DNA from: an uncultured Methanosarcinales archaeon
GTDB lineage: Archaea > Nanobdellota > Nanobdellia > Woesearchaeales > CAZYIM01
Length of the DNA stretch: 21,765 nucleotides
Reading direction: 5' to 3'
Assembly: GCA_964647565.1 (NCBI GenBank)
Contig: CAZYIM010000040.1
Span: 1-21,765 of the forward strand
Part shown: in pieces, positions 7,920 to 15,730 of the stretch
Layout: every line of letters begins with the position of its first letter
Position numbering within the stretch: the stretch's first letter is position 1
The notes under the pieces: model-generated
What the model was told of the DNA's origin: nothing
Database searches by the model: none
What the model saw: the letters and a program-made list of their open reading frames with translations, nothing else
Translations under genes and position numbers: made by a program

Positions 7920-9296
7920 TTAATTAGTCCCAATGTTTATGGCTTTTGCTCTCTGGATCATTTCATCATTGAGGATGTTGTGAGGTGGCTTGTATAGAAC
8001 CGCCTGGCTGTACTTTTTTAGATATGAGTTGTCAACTTTGATGTTCTCTTCTTTTTGCAGTTTTTTGAACATTATAGCATGCCTGAAAAGCTCAAAGTTG
8101 CAGAAGTTGGCCCTTTGTGTAATATATTGCCTATTCTTTTCAATAAAATCCATATTATCCTTTACAACAGCGTCGGTCTCGCCTGGATAATCATAGATAA
8201 AGTTAACAACGGTCTTGATATCAACTTGTTTGCAGTCTCGGATGATCTGTTCAACCTCATCTGGGTCGATGAATTTGTTCATTCTCTTTAGCATATCCCT
8301 GTTAGCAGATTCAAGACCGAACTGAATAAGGAAGCAACCTGCATCTGCCATCTTTTTTAACAATTCCAAATCCATATCCTTAGGTGTGCAAAGGCAGGTC
8401 CATCGTATCTTAATATTTCTCTTGACCAGTTCATCGCAAATCTTGAAAATAAAATCCCTGTCAAATGCCATGTTGTTGTCTTGAAACTGATAGTTGTCAG
8501 TCAGGGATTTATATTTATGATAGAGATGTTCAATGTCTGAGATGATTTTTTCAAATGATTTATGCTTAAATTTGGCCTGTCTGAAGTTACAGAAAAAACA
8601 ATTGTTGTTACAGCCCTCAGTCATTATATATTGAATAGATAAAGGCTGAAGATAAAGCTCGAAGTTGTATCCGTCAAAATCAGGTTCTGGCTGCTTTTCT
8701 AGCGGGAAGTCTTCATATTGGTTATGGATTATCTTTTCATCTTTCCAATAGCTAAGATTGGGTACGTTTTCAAGTGTTTCTTTGCCTTCATAATATCTCA
8801 CCAGCCTTAAAAGTGAGTTTTCTCCCTTGCCCCAGATAACATAGTCGATGAATTCAAAATCTTTTAACAGGTCTTCTGCATAATCACACACTCCTAGCCC
8901 ACCCATTACTATTATCTTGTCAGGATAAGCCTGCTTGATTTTTTTTGCTATGATCAGACCAGGGATTAGATTTTCTGAAGAAAGGATAGAGAAACCGACA
9001 ATCTTTTCGTCATCCAGCCTGACTTTCTGGAACAGTTTATCAACAATGTACCGAAAATAGGGTGGTGCAGTACCTTGTTTTAGATATGTTTCACATTCTT
9101 TGCCGTTCTTGAAATGGAAGAGCTCTAGTTTAAGCCTTTTTTTTAGATTGAGGGAATTGCACTCTATATCCATATCCTGAACAGAGATTTCAATACCTTT
9201 CTTTCTTAGGTAGGATGTGATAACAGCCATACCAAGGGGCATTGAGTTGTATTTTTCCTGTCTTCCTAATGGAGGATATATAAGTTTAACTTTCAT
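7920..9296 (-). CDS. Cobalamin (B12)-binding radical SAM protein (class B methyltransferase-like)
   Basis: MKVKLIYPP..PLGMA..SYLR, IVGFS, IVMGG, GKGE (B12-binding domain); GCNNNCFFC; FQDNN; AGC..FGLES; YPGET. Start placed at ATG 9296 (track 9329). Confidence 0.9.
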   Translation of the reverse strand: MKVKLIYPPLGRQEKYNSMPLGMAVITSYLRKKGIEISVQDMDIECNSLNLKKRLKLELFHFKNGKECETYLKQGTAPPYFRYIVDKLFQKVRLDDEKIVGFSILSSENLIPGLIIAKKIKQAYPDKIIVMGGLGVCDYAEDLLKDFEFIDYVIWGKGENSLLRLVRYYEGKETLENVPNLSYWKDEKIIHNQYEDFPLEKQPEPDFDGYNFELYLQPLSIQYIMTEGCNNNCFFCNFRQAKFKHKSFEKIISDIEHLYHKYKSLTDNYQFQDNNMAFDRDFIFKICDELVKRNIKIRWTCLCTPKDMDLELLKKMADAGCFLIQFGLESANRDMLKRMNKFIDPDEVEQIIRDCKQVDIKTVVNFIYDYPGETDAVVKDNMDFIEKNRQYITQRANFCNFELFRHAIMFKKLQKEENIKVDNSYLKKYSQAVLYKPPHNILNDEMIQRAKAINIGTN

Positions 9297-9322
9297 TTTA
9301 ATCAATTTTTCAAAACCAAGAC

Positions 9323-9781
9323 TTAGCAATTGTCCCAGCCATTATCAGGTCTTACCCAGCCGTTGGCGGTCTGTTTGTTAGTCCTTAAGACGAATTTGTG
9401 AGGATCATTCACACAATCAATCTCCACACAACCACTGCCAAGCCTTAGATCTGTGTTTAAATTAGCAAAATTGATATTTCCCCCGGGAGTATAGTTTACA
9501 CCTCTTGCAACAAGGGTGATGGGTGAGGTGGATATATTATCAACTGTCACGATTAACTTGTTGCCTTTTTTATCATAGAGCACTTTCCTGATGACAAGAT
9601 TAGGTTCAAGTGACCATACCCCTTCTTGAGTAGAGGCAGGGTTCACTTGTCTTGTCATAATTGGAGCATTGCTCGGTTCGATTATCCAGTCTGGTTTGTA
9701 TCTAAATAAGGGATGTCGCTGGTCAACTTGAGTCTTGACCAGCAAATCAAACTTTTCAAATGAGTTTATCTTTTCAGCCAT
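9323..9781 (-). CDS. Hypothetical 152-aa protein with C-terminal tandem NGW motif (candidate substrate of the cluster)
   Basis: In-operon ORF 3 nt after the upstream stop. No signal peptide and no family that I recognise. Ends ...TANGWVRPDNGWDNC. Confidence 0.75.
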   Translation of the reverse strand: MAEKINSFEKFDLLVKTQVDQRHPLFRYKPDWIIEPSNAPIMTRQVNPASTQEGVWSLEPNLVIRKVLYDKKGNKLIVTVDNISTSPITLVARGVNYTPGGNINFANLNTDLRLGSGCVEIDCVNDPHKFVLRTNKQTANGWVRPDNGWDNC

Positions 9782-9784
9782 TCT

Positions 9785-10561
9785 TTATTTTTTCTTTTTT
9801 TCTTTATGCTTAGGTTTTGGTGGTGGAATCTTTTTCTTTTTCTTATGTTTGGCATTCGCTATGATTTGAATAACCAGCATAAGCAAAGCGATTAAAAGTA
9901 CTGCCACCACAAATTTTACTAATGCAGGAGAGGCTGTTCTTTTTACTGCAGCCTTGTTGGTATCTTCAGCTCCATTAGGTTGATCTTCAGCTATAGGTTC
10001 AGGAGTTGGATTGGAACCAGGTGCTGAAATTAGTTCTGGCGTAGGATCGCCCATATCATCTCCTGATGCAGGTGGTTGTGCGGTTGTTGGATTAGGTACA
10101 ACATCTTCTGCACAATCAGGATTGTCATCTGGGCTTGTACATGCCACTATGATGGGGTTCATGCCTGTGCTATGTACATAAAAGGAACCCTCGTTAAAGT
10201 ATAGCTCAGCTTCTGAATCCGCTATCCTGCCTTCTGCTCCTGAAAATTCCCCTGTTTCAATATTAAGATATGTGTATGTGCTGTTTAGGCTAGCACTTTT
10301 TTGGAATGTTGCAGTTGGTGTTATAATTTCTAGCTCGATGTTGGCGGTTACAGGATTCACTGCTGTTAAGGATTGGACTGTGATGGTTGCCTGGCCAAGC
10401 TGGTTATTACACTGGAAATCAGAGCACATGTTTTGTTGCCATGTTACTCCCCTGCTAAGTTCTAACAGGTCGGTCCCATAAGATTCTGCTGCTGAGACAG
10501 CATATGCTGATATCATTAACAATATCAGTCCAATTAACAATATGTTTCTTGTTCCCTTCAT
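9785..10561 (-). CDS. Secreted, C-terminally membrane-anchored surface protein
   Basis: Signal peptide (MKGTRNILLIGLILLMISAYAVSA), beta-rich domain with two Cys pairs, Pro/Thr/acidic linker, TM helix (FVVAVLLIALLMLVIQII), poly-Lys/Pro tail. Confidence 0.82.
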   Translation of the reverse strand: MKGTRNILLIGLILLMISAYAVSAAESYGTDLLELSRGVTWQQNMCSDFQCNNQLGQATITVQSLTAVNPVTANIELEIITPTATFQKSASLNSTYTYLNIETGEFSGAEGRIADSEAELYFNEGSFYVHSTGMNPIIVACTSPDDNPDCAEDVVPNPTTAQPPASGDDMGDPTPELISAPGSNPTPEPIAEDQPNGAEDTNKAAVKRTASPALVKFVVAVLLIALLMLVIQIIANAKHKKKKKIPPPKPKHKEKKKK

Positions 10562-10593
10562 TTTATTTTAGCACAAAAATTGTTTGTGCTTTC

Positions 10594-11577
10594 TCACCCC
10601 CTTTTTGTTGGCTTCCTAACTGGAAGTACGAATATATTTGGATCTGTGATCTTTTCACCCGGTACTGGTTTGAACTCGTCAAAGCCTCTTTTTCTTGGAT
10701 ATTCAATCCACGGGCCTTCACATATTGGATAGTATCTGCACTCAGGACATAGGGGTCCCTTTTTTTTCGCAACATTCTTCCGTGTATATTCATAATCGGG
10801 ATCCATATGATCAAGGTCCCTGAGTTCACTTTTCGGGATCCTGAGCTCTGATACAAGACTTTCATTGCCTACCATGAAACAGAACGGTATGGCTTCAAAG
10901 GTAACTTGAACATCATTTTTTTCAGCAAGATTAATTGCTCTATCAACAAAAGGTTTGATCTCGGTATAAGTAGGGACGCAACTGTCAAAATTGAGCATGG
11001 CATTGCCCATGCCATGAGGGAAAGCAACGTTCATATAGCTGACGCCTAAGTCTGAAAATAATTTGACAATCTCGGGGAGGTGACCGAAGTTTTTCTTTGA
11101 AAGCACTATCTTACCTCCCACTTCTTGGCCGTGGCTTATCAAATTCTTGATACCTTGCACAGTCTGCTTAAAACTTCCTTTAACTGCAGTGATCTCGTCA
11201 TGTATCTCAGCTATTGGAGCATGTAGTGCAATGACATAGGAGATGTTGGCTATGTCAACCATTTTTTGGCAGAAATCATTATAGAAAAACATCCTGCCAT
11301 TAGTCTGCATGTTAATAGACATATCCTTGTCCTTGACATATTTGACAATCCTGAATACATCGTCTCTTATGGTTATCTCTCCACCAGTTAATACTACCCT
11401 GTCAGAGCCATTGAGCTTGGCTTGATCAATCTGATGGAAGACATCCTCTGTACTCCTGTTTATGGGTTTGCTTTCAGTTTTCAGAGTTCTTCTTTTATCT
11501 GCAATAACACAATGGAAACAGTCATTATTGCATCCATAGCCGACTTTAATATCTGCATATTTTCTAGTTGGGGGCAT
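10594..11577 (-). CDS. HxsC-like radical SAM protein
   Basis: DIKVGYGCNNDCFHC, LTGGEITIR, MQTNGR, EAIPFC, C-terminal CPECRYYPICEG. Sits directly after hxsB with a 14-nt overlap. Confidence 0.8.
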   Translation of the reverse strand: MPPTRKYADIKVGYGCNNDCFHCVIADKRRTLKTESKPINRSTEDVFHQIDQAKLNGSDRVVLTGGEITIRDDVFRIVKYVKDKDMSINMQTNGRMFFYNDFCQKMVDIANISYVIALHAPIAEIHDEITAVKGSFKQTVQGIKNLISHGQEVGGKIVLSKKNFGHLPEIVKLFSDLGVSYMNVAFPHGMGNAMLNFDSCVPTYTEIKPFVDRAINLAEKNDVQVTFEAIPFCFMVGNESLVSELRIPKSELRDLDHMDPDYEYTRKNVAKKKGPLCPECRYYPICEGPWIEYPRKRGFDEFKPVPGEKITDPNIFVLPVRKPTKRG

Positions 11578-13030
11578 TTTTCATCCTTAATCTATTTTTT
11601 CTTCTGTTGGGTATTGCCCAGTCAAGAAGGATCTCTCTTGCTTGAGGATCATAGATGAGTTTTTCAAAAATGTAATCCATCATGGCTTTTCTTATCTGGC
11701 ATTCATGATCAATGGCTAGTTTGGGCGGGATATTGCCTTGTCCTTCATAGGTTCCGACAGCACAGATGCCGCAGAACGGGTGATAGATACACGCTTCACA
11801 AAGCGTGTTGACTCCGCAAGTATGACCTAGTAATTTTCTTGATTTCTTGATAATCTCTGCATAGGTGTGTGTGTGTACATTGCCTACACAGAATAGGTTC
11901 ATGGATCTTGATTCATCGCATACATGAATATCGCCGTTTTCCTTATATGCAATTTGAGAGATCAGAGCTCCGCAAGGCGCCCCAAAACATGTGAAAGTCC
12001 TGGCCCTTGTTGTGACAATCCTTTGGACAATGGTGGCGATCTTGGTTTCAATAAAACGAGTGCCTTTCTTGTTGAGTTCCAGAATGTAGTTGAAGATCTC
12101 TTTCCAATACTTGATAAACTCTTCGGGTGTGTAGCCGAGCAGTTTCCATTCATCTTTTGCAAAGCCTGCAACATTAAGGTTTCTTGAGCTAATGTTGTAG
12201 AATCCTTGTTTCATATATTCATCAACGATCTTCTTGCCATACTTAAAAGATTTTCTTGTTGTAGTTGGCAGCACAGAGAAACTGACATGTTGTTTCATCT
12301 CTTTTATCTTTGGAATAACTTCGTCATAGGAGCTAGCATGATCATAATATTTTCTGTGTGCATCATGCAATTCTTTGGGCCCATCCAAAGAGCTGCATAT
12401 GGCTATCTTGTTATCTAAGAAGTATTTCTTAATCTCAGGTGTCATAGCAGTAAGATTGGTTACCGCAATAAAGAACAATTCTTTCTTATGGGTCTTGTTT
12501 AGTTCGGTTGCATATTCAAAGATCACCTTTATTATTGGAAAATTTAGTAAGGGTTCTCCTCCCTGAAACTCAATAGTGTAATGCTGGCCTGGACTTTGGA
12601 ATATGAAGTCCACCACTTTTTTGGCAGTTTTCTCAGTCATGTCAAAGCCTTGTTTATCAGGTGCAAAAGACTTGGCGTGACAATAGACACATTTGTGGTT
12701 GCATCTTAGTGTTGGCACAAGTATGTGTAGGTTTGCACCATTAGTAGTATGATGGACTTTTTGCCTGTAGCAATTCTTGATAAACTCTACATTGTCAGAT
12801 GTAATTATGATACCTTTTTCAACCAGCAGGTCAAATAGATGTTTATTTTCATTGACTTTATCATACCTCAATAGATTAAATTCTTCCTTGTTGAGCACTA
12901 CCCAGCCTCCATGATCTGTAGTTACGAGGATATGTTCATCATCAAATTTCTTGAACTGGAACTCATTAAGATAATAATTGGTGTTATCTGCGGGTGGCTG
13001 TGCGCCTTCATTGAAAAAACTTATTGCCAT
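11564..13030 (-). CDS. hxsB: His-Xaa-Ser system radical SAM/SPASM maturase HxsB-like
   Basis: N-terminal F.F.KF...LVT.D.G.W..L extension, LHILVPTLRCNHKCVYCHA, IFQSP..TIEFQGGEPLLNF, SLDGP, PCGA..Q.AY...GDI..CDE.R, CEAC..PFCGIC. Adjacent to HxsD-like genes. Confidence 0.85.
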   Translation of the reverse strand: MAISFFNEGAQPPADNTNYYLNEFQFKKFDDEHILVTTDHGGWVVLNKEEFNLLRYDKVNENKHLFDLLVEKGIIITSDNVEFIKNCYRQKVHHTTNGANLHILVPTLRCNHKCVYCHAKSFAPDKQGFDMTEKTAKKVVDFIFQSPGQHYTIEFQGGEPLLNFPIIKVIFEYATELNKTHKKELFFIAVTNLTAMTPEIKKYFLDNKIAICSSLDGPKELHDAHRKYYDHASSYDEVIPKIKEMKQHVSFSVLPTTTRKSFKYGKKIVDEYMKQGFYNISSRNLNVAGFAKDEWKLLGYTPEEFIKYWKEIFNYILELNKKGTRFIETKIATIVQRIVTTRARTFTCFGAPCGALISQIAYKENGDIHVCDESRSMNLFCVGNVHTHTYAEIIKKSRKLLGHTCGVNTLCEACIYHPFCGICAVGTYEGQGNIPPKLAIDHECQIRKAMMDYIFEKLIYDPQAREILLDWAIPNRRKNRLRMKNAPN

Positions 13031-13031
13031 T

Positions 13032-13262
13032 TTATCTTACTCGCTCCCTTATTATTTTAAGCAGGTTGTCGCAAAATTCCAGGGCAGTTGTTTCATCTTT
13101 GGCAGTGATTTTTTTTTTAGAGATTATAACCTGCTCATCTTTGAGTTCTGCCTTGAATTTGTCTTGAAATCTTAAAATCCCCTCTTTTATGACATCTTGT
13201 GGATAAAAGGCAGGATTAAGCTTGATTATTAGTTGGTTGTCTTTCTTGATTATTGCCTTCAC
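13032..13262 (-). CDS. Short HxsD-like protein (second paralog)
   Basis: GTG start. IKLNPAFYP and LEFCDNLL parallel ISVNPKLYP and YAFNDELV of the upstream HxsD-like protein. Confidence 0.7.
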   Translation of the reverse strand: MKAIIKKDNQLIIKLNPAFYPQDVIKEGILRFQDKFKAELKDEQVIISKKKITAKDETTALEFCDNLLKIIRERVR

Positions 13263-13270
13263 TTTAACGC

Positions 13271-13708
13271 CTATTCATATTTAACCTTCTTTATACCTTC
13301 AGGATCGTTGGTTTCACAACCACAAGAATCTTGCTGTGTCCGATTTGGAGGTGGATTTGACGTTGGAGTATTAGGTGTGTTTCGCAGGTTGCCAGAAATA
13401 GCGTTTTCTACAATAGCCTCTCGGATCCTCTGATTCCTCAGCGCCTGGACATTATAGACTGAATAGTTCACCAACTCATCATTGAATGCATAACCGAGCT
13501 CTTTTAGATCAAGACTCTTTTCCTTGGCTCTTAGCTCAACCAGGATTTCTGTAGCAGGATCCCCGTCGATAAGTACATGGACTTTATCAAGCAGTGAATA
13601 TGCTGCAGAGTAGATTACACTAAGCGGATATAGCTTAGGATTTACAGATATTATTAAGAAATCTTTATGGATTTCAATATTATTTAAAACACTTTCTTCC
13701 TCAACCAT
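13271..13708 (-). CDS. hxsD: His-Xaa-Ser system protein HxsD-like
   Basis: NPKLYP..VIYSAAY.LLD, F.DELVNY, IREAIV..A pattern of HxsD. ATG 13708 follows a GGGGGT SD-like motif (track start 13714). Confidence 0.75.
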   Translation of the reverse strand: MVEEESVLNNIEIHKDFLIISVNPKLYPLSVIYSAAYSLLDKVHVLIDGDPATEILVELRAKEKSLDLKELGYAFNDELVNYSVYNVQALRNQRIREAIVENAISGNLRNTPNTPTSNPPPNRTQQDSCGCETNDPEGIKKVKYE

Positions 13709-13751
13709 TTGCAACCCCCAATTAATGACTTAATTTGAAACTTAAGATGCT

Positions 13752-13767
13752 CTTAAATATTTTTTGG
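13752..13767 (-). promoter_or_regulatory. BRE/TATA promoter of the radical SAM operon
   Basis: Minus strand CCAAAAAA-TATTTAAG about 45 nt upstream of ATG 13708, leaving a short leader containing the SD-like motif. Confidence 0.5.
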
Positions 13768-13820
13768 TTTTATTTTATTTAGAAATTATCAACAAATACC
13801 TTTTTTTAAACAATCAGTAG

Positions 13821-14015
13821 TTATCTTTTAACTTTTTTAATCACAATGGCATTTAAAGGGCAGATTTGAGCAGCATCTTTGATTTCATATATATCGTCTA
13901 AATAGTTCTTTTTTACAAATATTTTGTTGGCTACAATGCCCAGGAGATTGGGGTGCCTGCTTACACAAAGCTGGCAATGATCACAGCAAGCCTTGATAGA
14001 TATTTCGTATACCAT
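13821..14015 (-). CDS. Small single-cluster ferredoxin
   Basis: 64 aa with CDHCQLC and distal AAQICPLNAI. Confidence 0.8.
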   Translation of the reverse strand: MVYEISIKACCDHCQLCVSRHPNLLGIVANKIFVKKNYLDDIYEIKDAAQICPLNAIVIKKVKR

Positions 14016-14019
14016 TTTC

Positions 14020-15204
14020 TTAGTTTCTTATAGCAAGAGAGTGTCTTAAGGTGTCTAGCACCCTCTTGAGATCTTTATGGGTGACCTTGTTCCTTAAGCT
14101 TATCCTCGCATTTGCCTTTACCATACGGATTATTCCCAGGACAAGCCTTGGGCTTACCTCAATTATATACTTGTTCTCGTTGTTCTTGACATCCCTTACA
14201 AATTCGATTATCTCTGTCTCTAGATCATGGTCAAATTCTACATCTATTTTTCGTGAGAAATCAACATAATCTTTTATGAATTTGTAGTCTGCTTTATTTT
14301 CCTCAACCTTATCCTTTCTGATGATCTTCTTTGCAATGTTCACAAACTCTTCTGTGCCTGGTTTCCTGATAAGGAATACCAGGTGGAATCTCGATATCAG
14401 GGCAGGATCAAACGGTAGTTGTTTTTTGATAAGATCTGCGTTCTTGCCTATGAATTTGTCCCCCGTTGGATTGGCTGTCGCTAATACGCTGATTTTTGCA
14501 TCCATCTTTATGTGAGTTGTGCCCTTATCATAGGTCACAAATCCTTTTTCCATTGCATTTAGCAATGAGCCTCGGTCCTCTTTTTTCATCAGGTTCAGTT
14601 CATCGATACAGCAGATGCCGTTGTTTGCAAGAGGTAATAGGCCCTTGATGACTGCTTTTCCCTGTTTGATAAGGCTAAGACCTGCACCAGATGTTCCTGA
14701 TCCTAGGCCAAATGAAGATATTGGTGACATTTCATAGATACTTCTTAGGATATCGGTTTTGCCTGTGCCAGGATCTCCCAATAGAAGTATATGGAGGCTA
14801 TCGTCTGAGAATAACTGTAGGGCTGCAGCCTCTTTTACCTCATCTAAGCCGATGATATTAGGAGCAATAAGTTTTATGATGTTGGTTTCAGCAATTTCAG
14901 AGAATTGCTTAAAGGCTTCTAATTTGAATTTCTCTTCGATAGCCTCGTTCCATTCCTCAACAGCATTCTTGATATCTTTATCATCGATTTTAGCTTTGAT
15001 AAATGGCCGGAGAATGTCTTTAACCAGTTTTTCGCTGATGCCGAAACTCTTGTCAGTAAGCTGGATTTTCTTGATCTTGAGCAGGTATTTAAGCTTAGAG
15101 AAATCTCTTTTTTCGAGAATCTGGTCGACTTCTTTTAGTAGATGCCTTTCTGAATTGCTCAAGGATCTAAAAACCTTGAAAAAATCCCCTATGTTTTTAT
15201 CCAT
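14020..15204 (-). CDS. MCM-family AAA+ ATPase core (truncated MCM paralog lacking N-terminal OB/Zn and C-terminal WH domains)
   Basis: IAPNIIG, HILLLGDPGTGKT (Walker A), TSGAGLS, GICCIDE (Walker B), LLNAMEKG, LATANP, LISRF (Arg finger), SPR..IIR...A.AR. Only 394 aa. Confidence 0.88.
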   Translation of the reverse strand: MDKNIGDFFKVFRSLSNSERHLLKEVDQILEKRDFSKLKYLLKIKKIQLTDKSFGISEKLVKDILRPFIKAKIDDKDIKNAVEEWNEAIEEKFKLEAFKQFSEIAETNIIKLIAPNIIGLDEVKEAAALQLFSDDSLHILLLGDPGTGKTDILRSIYEMSPISSFGLGSGTSGAGLSLIKQGKAVIKGLLPLANNGICCIDELNLMKKEDRGSLLNAMEKGFVTYDKGTTHIKMDAKISVLATANPTGDKFIGKNADLIKKQLPFDPALISRFHLVFLIRKPGTEEFVNIAKKIIRKDKVEENKADYKFIKDYVDFSRKIDVEFDHDLETEIIEFVRDVKNNENKYIIEVSPRLVLGIIRMVKANARISLRNKVTHKDLKRVLDTLRHSLAIRN

Positions 15205-15226
15205 ACAATATTATTCGAAAGAGTTG

Positions 15227-15240
15227 TATATATACTTTTC
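15227..15240 (-). promoter_or_regulatory. BRE/TATA promoter for the MCM-like gene
   Basis: Minus strand GAAAAG-TATATATA about 23 nt upstream of ATG 15204. Confidence 0.6.
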
Positions 15241-15269
15241 TTATTTTCACTAACTATTTCGAAACATTA

Positions 15270-15327
15270 CTGAATTATTTCATAATTCAGAAGTTTTCGT
15301 TCTGTCCTAATGACATAACGAAAACTT
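15270..15327. repeat. Two adjacent inverted repeats in the divergent intergenic region
   Basis: CTGAATTAT-ttc-ATAATTCAG (15270-15290) and AAGTTTTCGTT (15291-15301) / AACGAAAACTT (15317-15327), with inner TGTC/GACA pairing. Confidence 0.75.
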
Positions 15328-15333
15328 TTTAAG
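15319..15333 (+). promoter_or_regulatory. BRE/TATA promoter for the winged-helix gene
   Basis: CGAAAAC-TTTTTAAG; implies a leader of roughly 55-60 nt before ATG 15412. Confidence 0.5.
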
Positions 15334-15411
15334 TAGATAATGCTATACTAATGTGGGGGTGACTAGAAACGTTCACTTATCTCAGTTGTTTGAACTTTAC
15401 TAGCCATTAAA

Positions 15412-15687
15412 ATGAACGAGGAGGATTTTGAGGAGATAATGCGGATCCAGAGAATGATGGCCTCCAGGATAGTTCAGGAGGACGAAGTAGACTCCAAAAT
15501 AAAACTCTTTGACATCATTCGAGGCATGGTAACACCTAAAAAGAAAAAAATCCAGATAGAAGAGTTGATTGTCGAAGCCAGTCTTGATGGGATGACAGAG
15601 ACTGATGTCGACCGACTTCTTGATAAGCTAAAAGAAGACCATATGGTTTACGAGCCCGAACCAGGTTATATCCAGCCTGCTCGATGA
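15412..15687 (+). CDS. Stand-alone winged-helix protein resembling the archaeal MCM C-terminal domain
   Basis: IKLFDIIR...IEELIVEA...GMTE.DVDRLLDKLKED.MVYEPEPGYIQ matches the remembered II..L...EA...G.....LE.L...G.IYEP.PG pattern of archaeal MCM C-termini. Confidence 0.7.
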   Translation: MNEEDFEEIMRIQRMMASRIVQEDEVDSKIKLFDIIRGMVTPKKKKIQIEELIVEASLDGMTETDVDRLLDKLKEDHMVYEPEPGYIQPAR

Positions 15688-15730
15688 ATTTTTAAAAGAA
15701 TATTTAAATTGAGATATCTTTACACCTGCT

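Noticed and set aside
10563..10865. 100-aa ORF overlapping the HxsC-like gene
   Set aside because: An alternative frame of a well-supported gene; only its final codons matter (see slip finding).
13715..13820. Hidden HxsA precursor ORF upstream of hxsD
   Set aside because: The region is AT-rich promoter sequence with no His-x-Ser repeat coding potential; isolated HxS triplets in other proteins are not repeated.
15205..15411. Replication origin with ORB elements
   Set aside because: Only a lone G-string is present; there is no repeated ORB consensus and no cdc6/orc1 gene in the window.
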